Below are positions 63,791 to 64,000 of a stretch of DNA of 64,000 nucleotides, in pieces. Numbering within the stretch: the first letter of the stretch is position 1; each line of letters starts with the position of its first letter. Source of the stretch: Octopus bimaculoides (lineage: Eukaryota); NCBI RefSeq assembly GCF_001194135.2, contig NC_068986.1, forward strand, positions 68,545,992 through 68,609,991. The letters are read 5' to 3'. Both the position numbers and the translations under genes were made by a program. The notes beneath the pieces are model-generated. The model was not told where the DNA came from, made no database searches, and saw only the letters and a list, made by a program, of their open reading frames with translations.

Positions 63791-64000
63791 GGAATATTAC
63801 ATTTGCTTGGAACAAATAGTACATATTATGTAACAGATATTCAACTAGTAAAGTGATATTGTCAATGGTTTTAAAGTGAGATTAAAGATGAAATATGTAA
63901 AAAATTAGATTCTGGCATTATTTTCCTTGCTGGATGCTGTCTTAAAGTAATATTATCAAAGTAGAAAATTTAAAAAAATATAACTTAGAATAAAGCAAAT

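Overview
AT-rich, repeat-dense animal genomic DNA with 11 assembly gaps. The SINE families and (TA)n/(CA)n/(ATG)n microsatellites point to a coleoid cephalopod, probably Octopus; this is inferred from repeat content, not from a search. One host gene can be rebuilt on the minus strand: a PH + FYVE + poly-Asp protein of the Phafin family (PLEKHF2/PLEKHF1 co-orthologue). It has eight phase-compatible GT-AG coding exons between 37306 and 5859, and its start exon is not firmly located (weak candidate 40494-40503). Reconstructed product: (MVLV?)NSDSNHKRIAYVEQCFGASGEKLTRPGRVLVGEGVLTKMCRKKPKPRQFFLFNDILVYGNIIISKKRYNKQHIIPLDDVKLEDIEDDKNLRNGWKILSPMKSFVVYAATSSEKSEWMAHIRKCVSYLIKKRGIEQKPDLNCPVWVPDSDASECMLCKKSVFSVINRRHHCRKCGIVVCNPCSSSKLLLPQQSSKPQRVCNNCYRACANNSSAATTPTDIYCPTNDDGDSSADDSSDDDNDDEDEKNTFLDSAINANYHDQQVQFYEQEAM*. 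The rest is intronic or intergenic and full of mobile DNA: several SINE families, RTE LINE 3' ends, a HERO-like RLE LINE end, Penelope-like ends, two decayed mariner transposons, hAT-, piggyBac- and Helentron-type non-autonomous elements, and fold-back elements. Almost all ORFs in the supplied track are spurious. The most interesting unexplained signals are a candidate recursive splice site, several perfect or near-perfect inverted duplications (potential dsRNA/ADAR substrates), antisense SINEs carrying a ready-made cassette exon, and a decayed FEN1/XPG-like nuclease relic. No clearly new system is demonstrated. Repeat boundaries are approximate unless a TIR or TSD is quoted.
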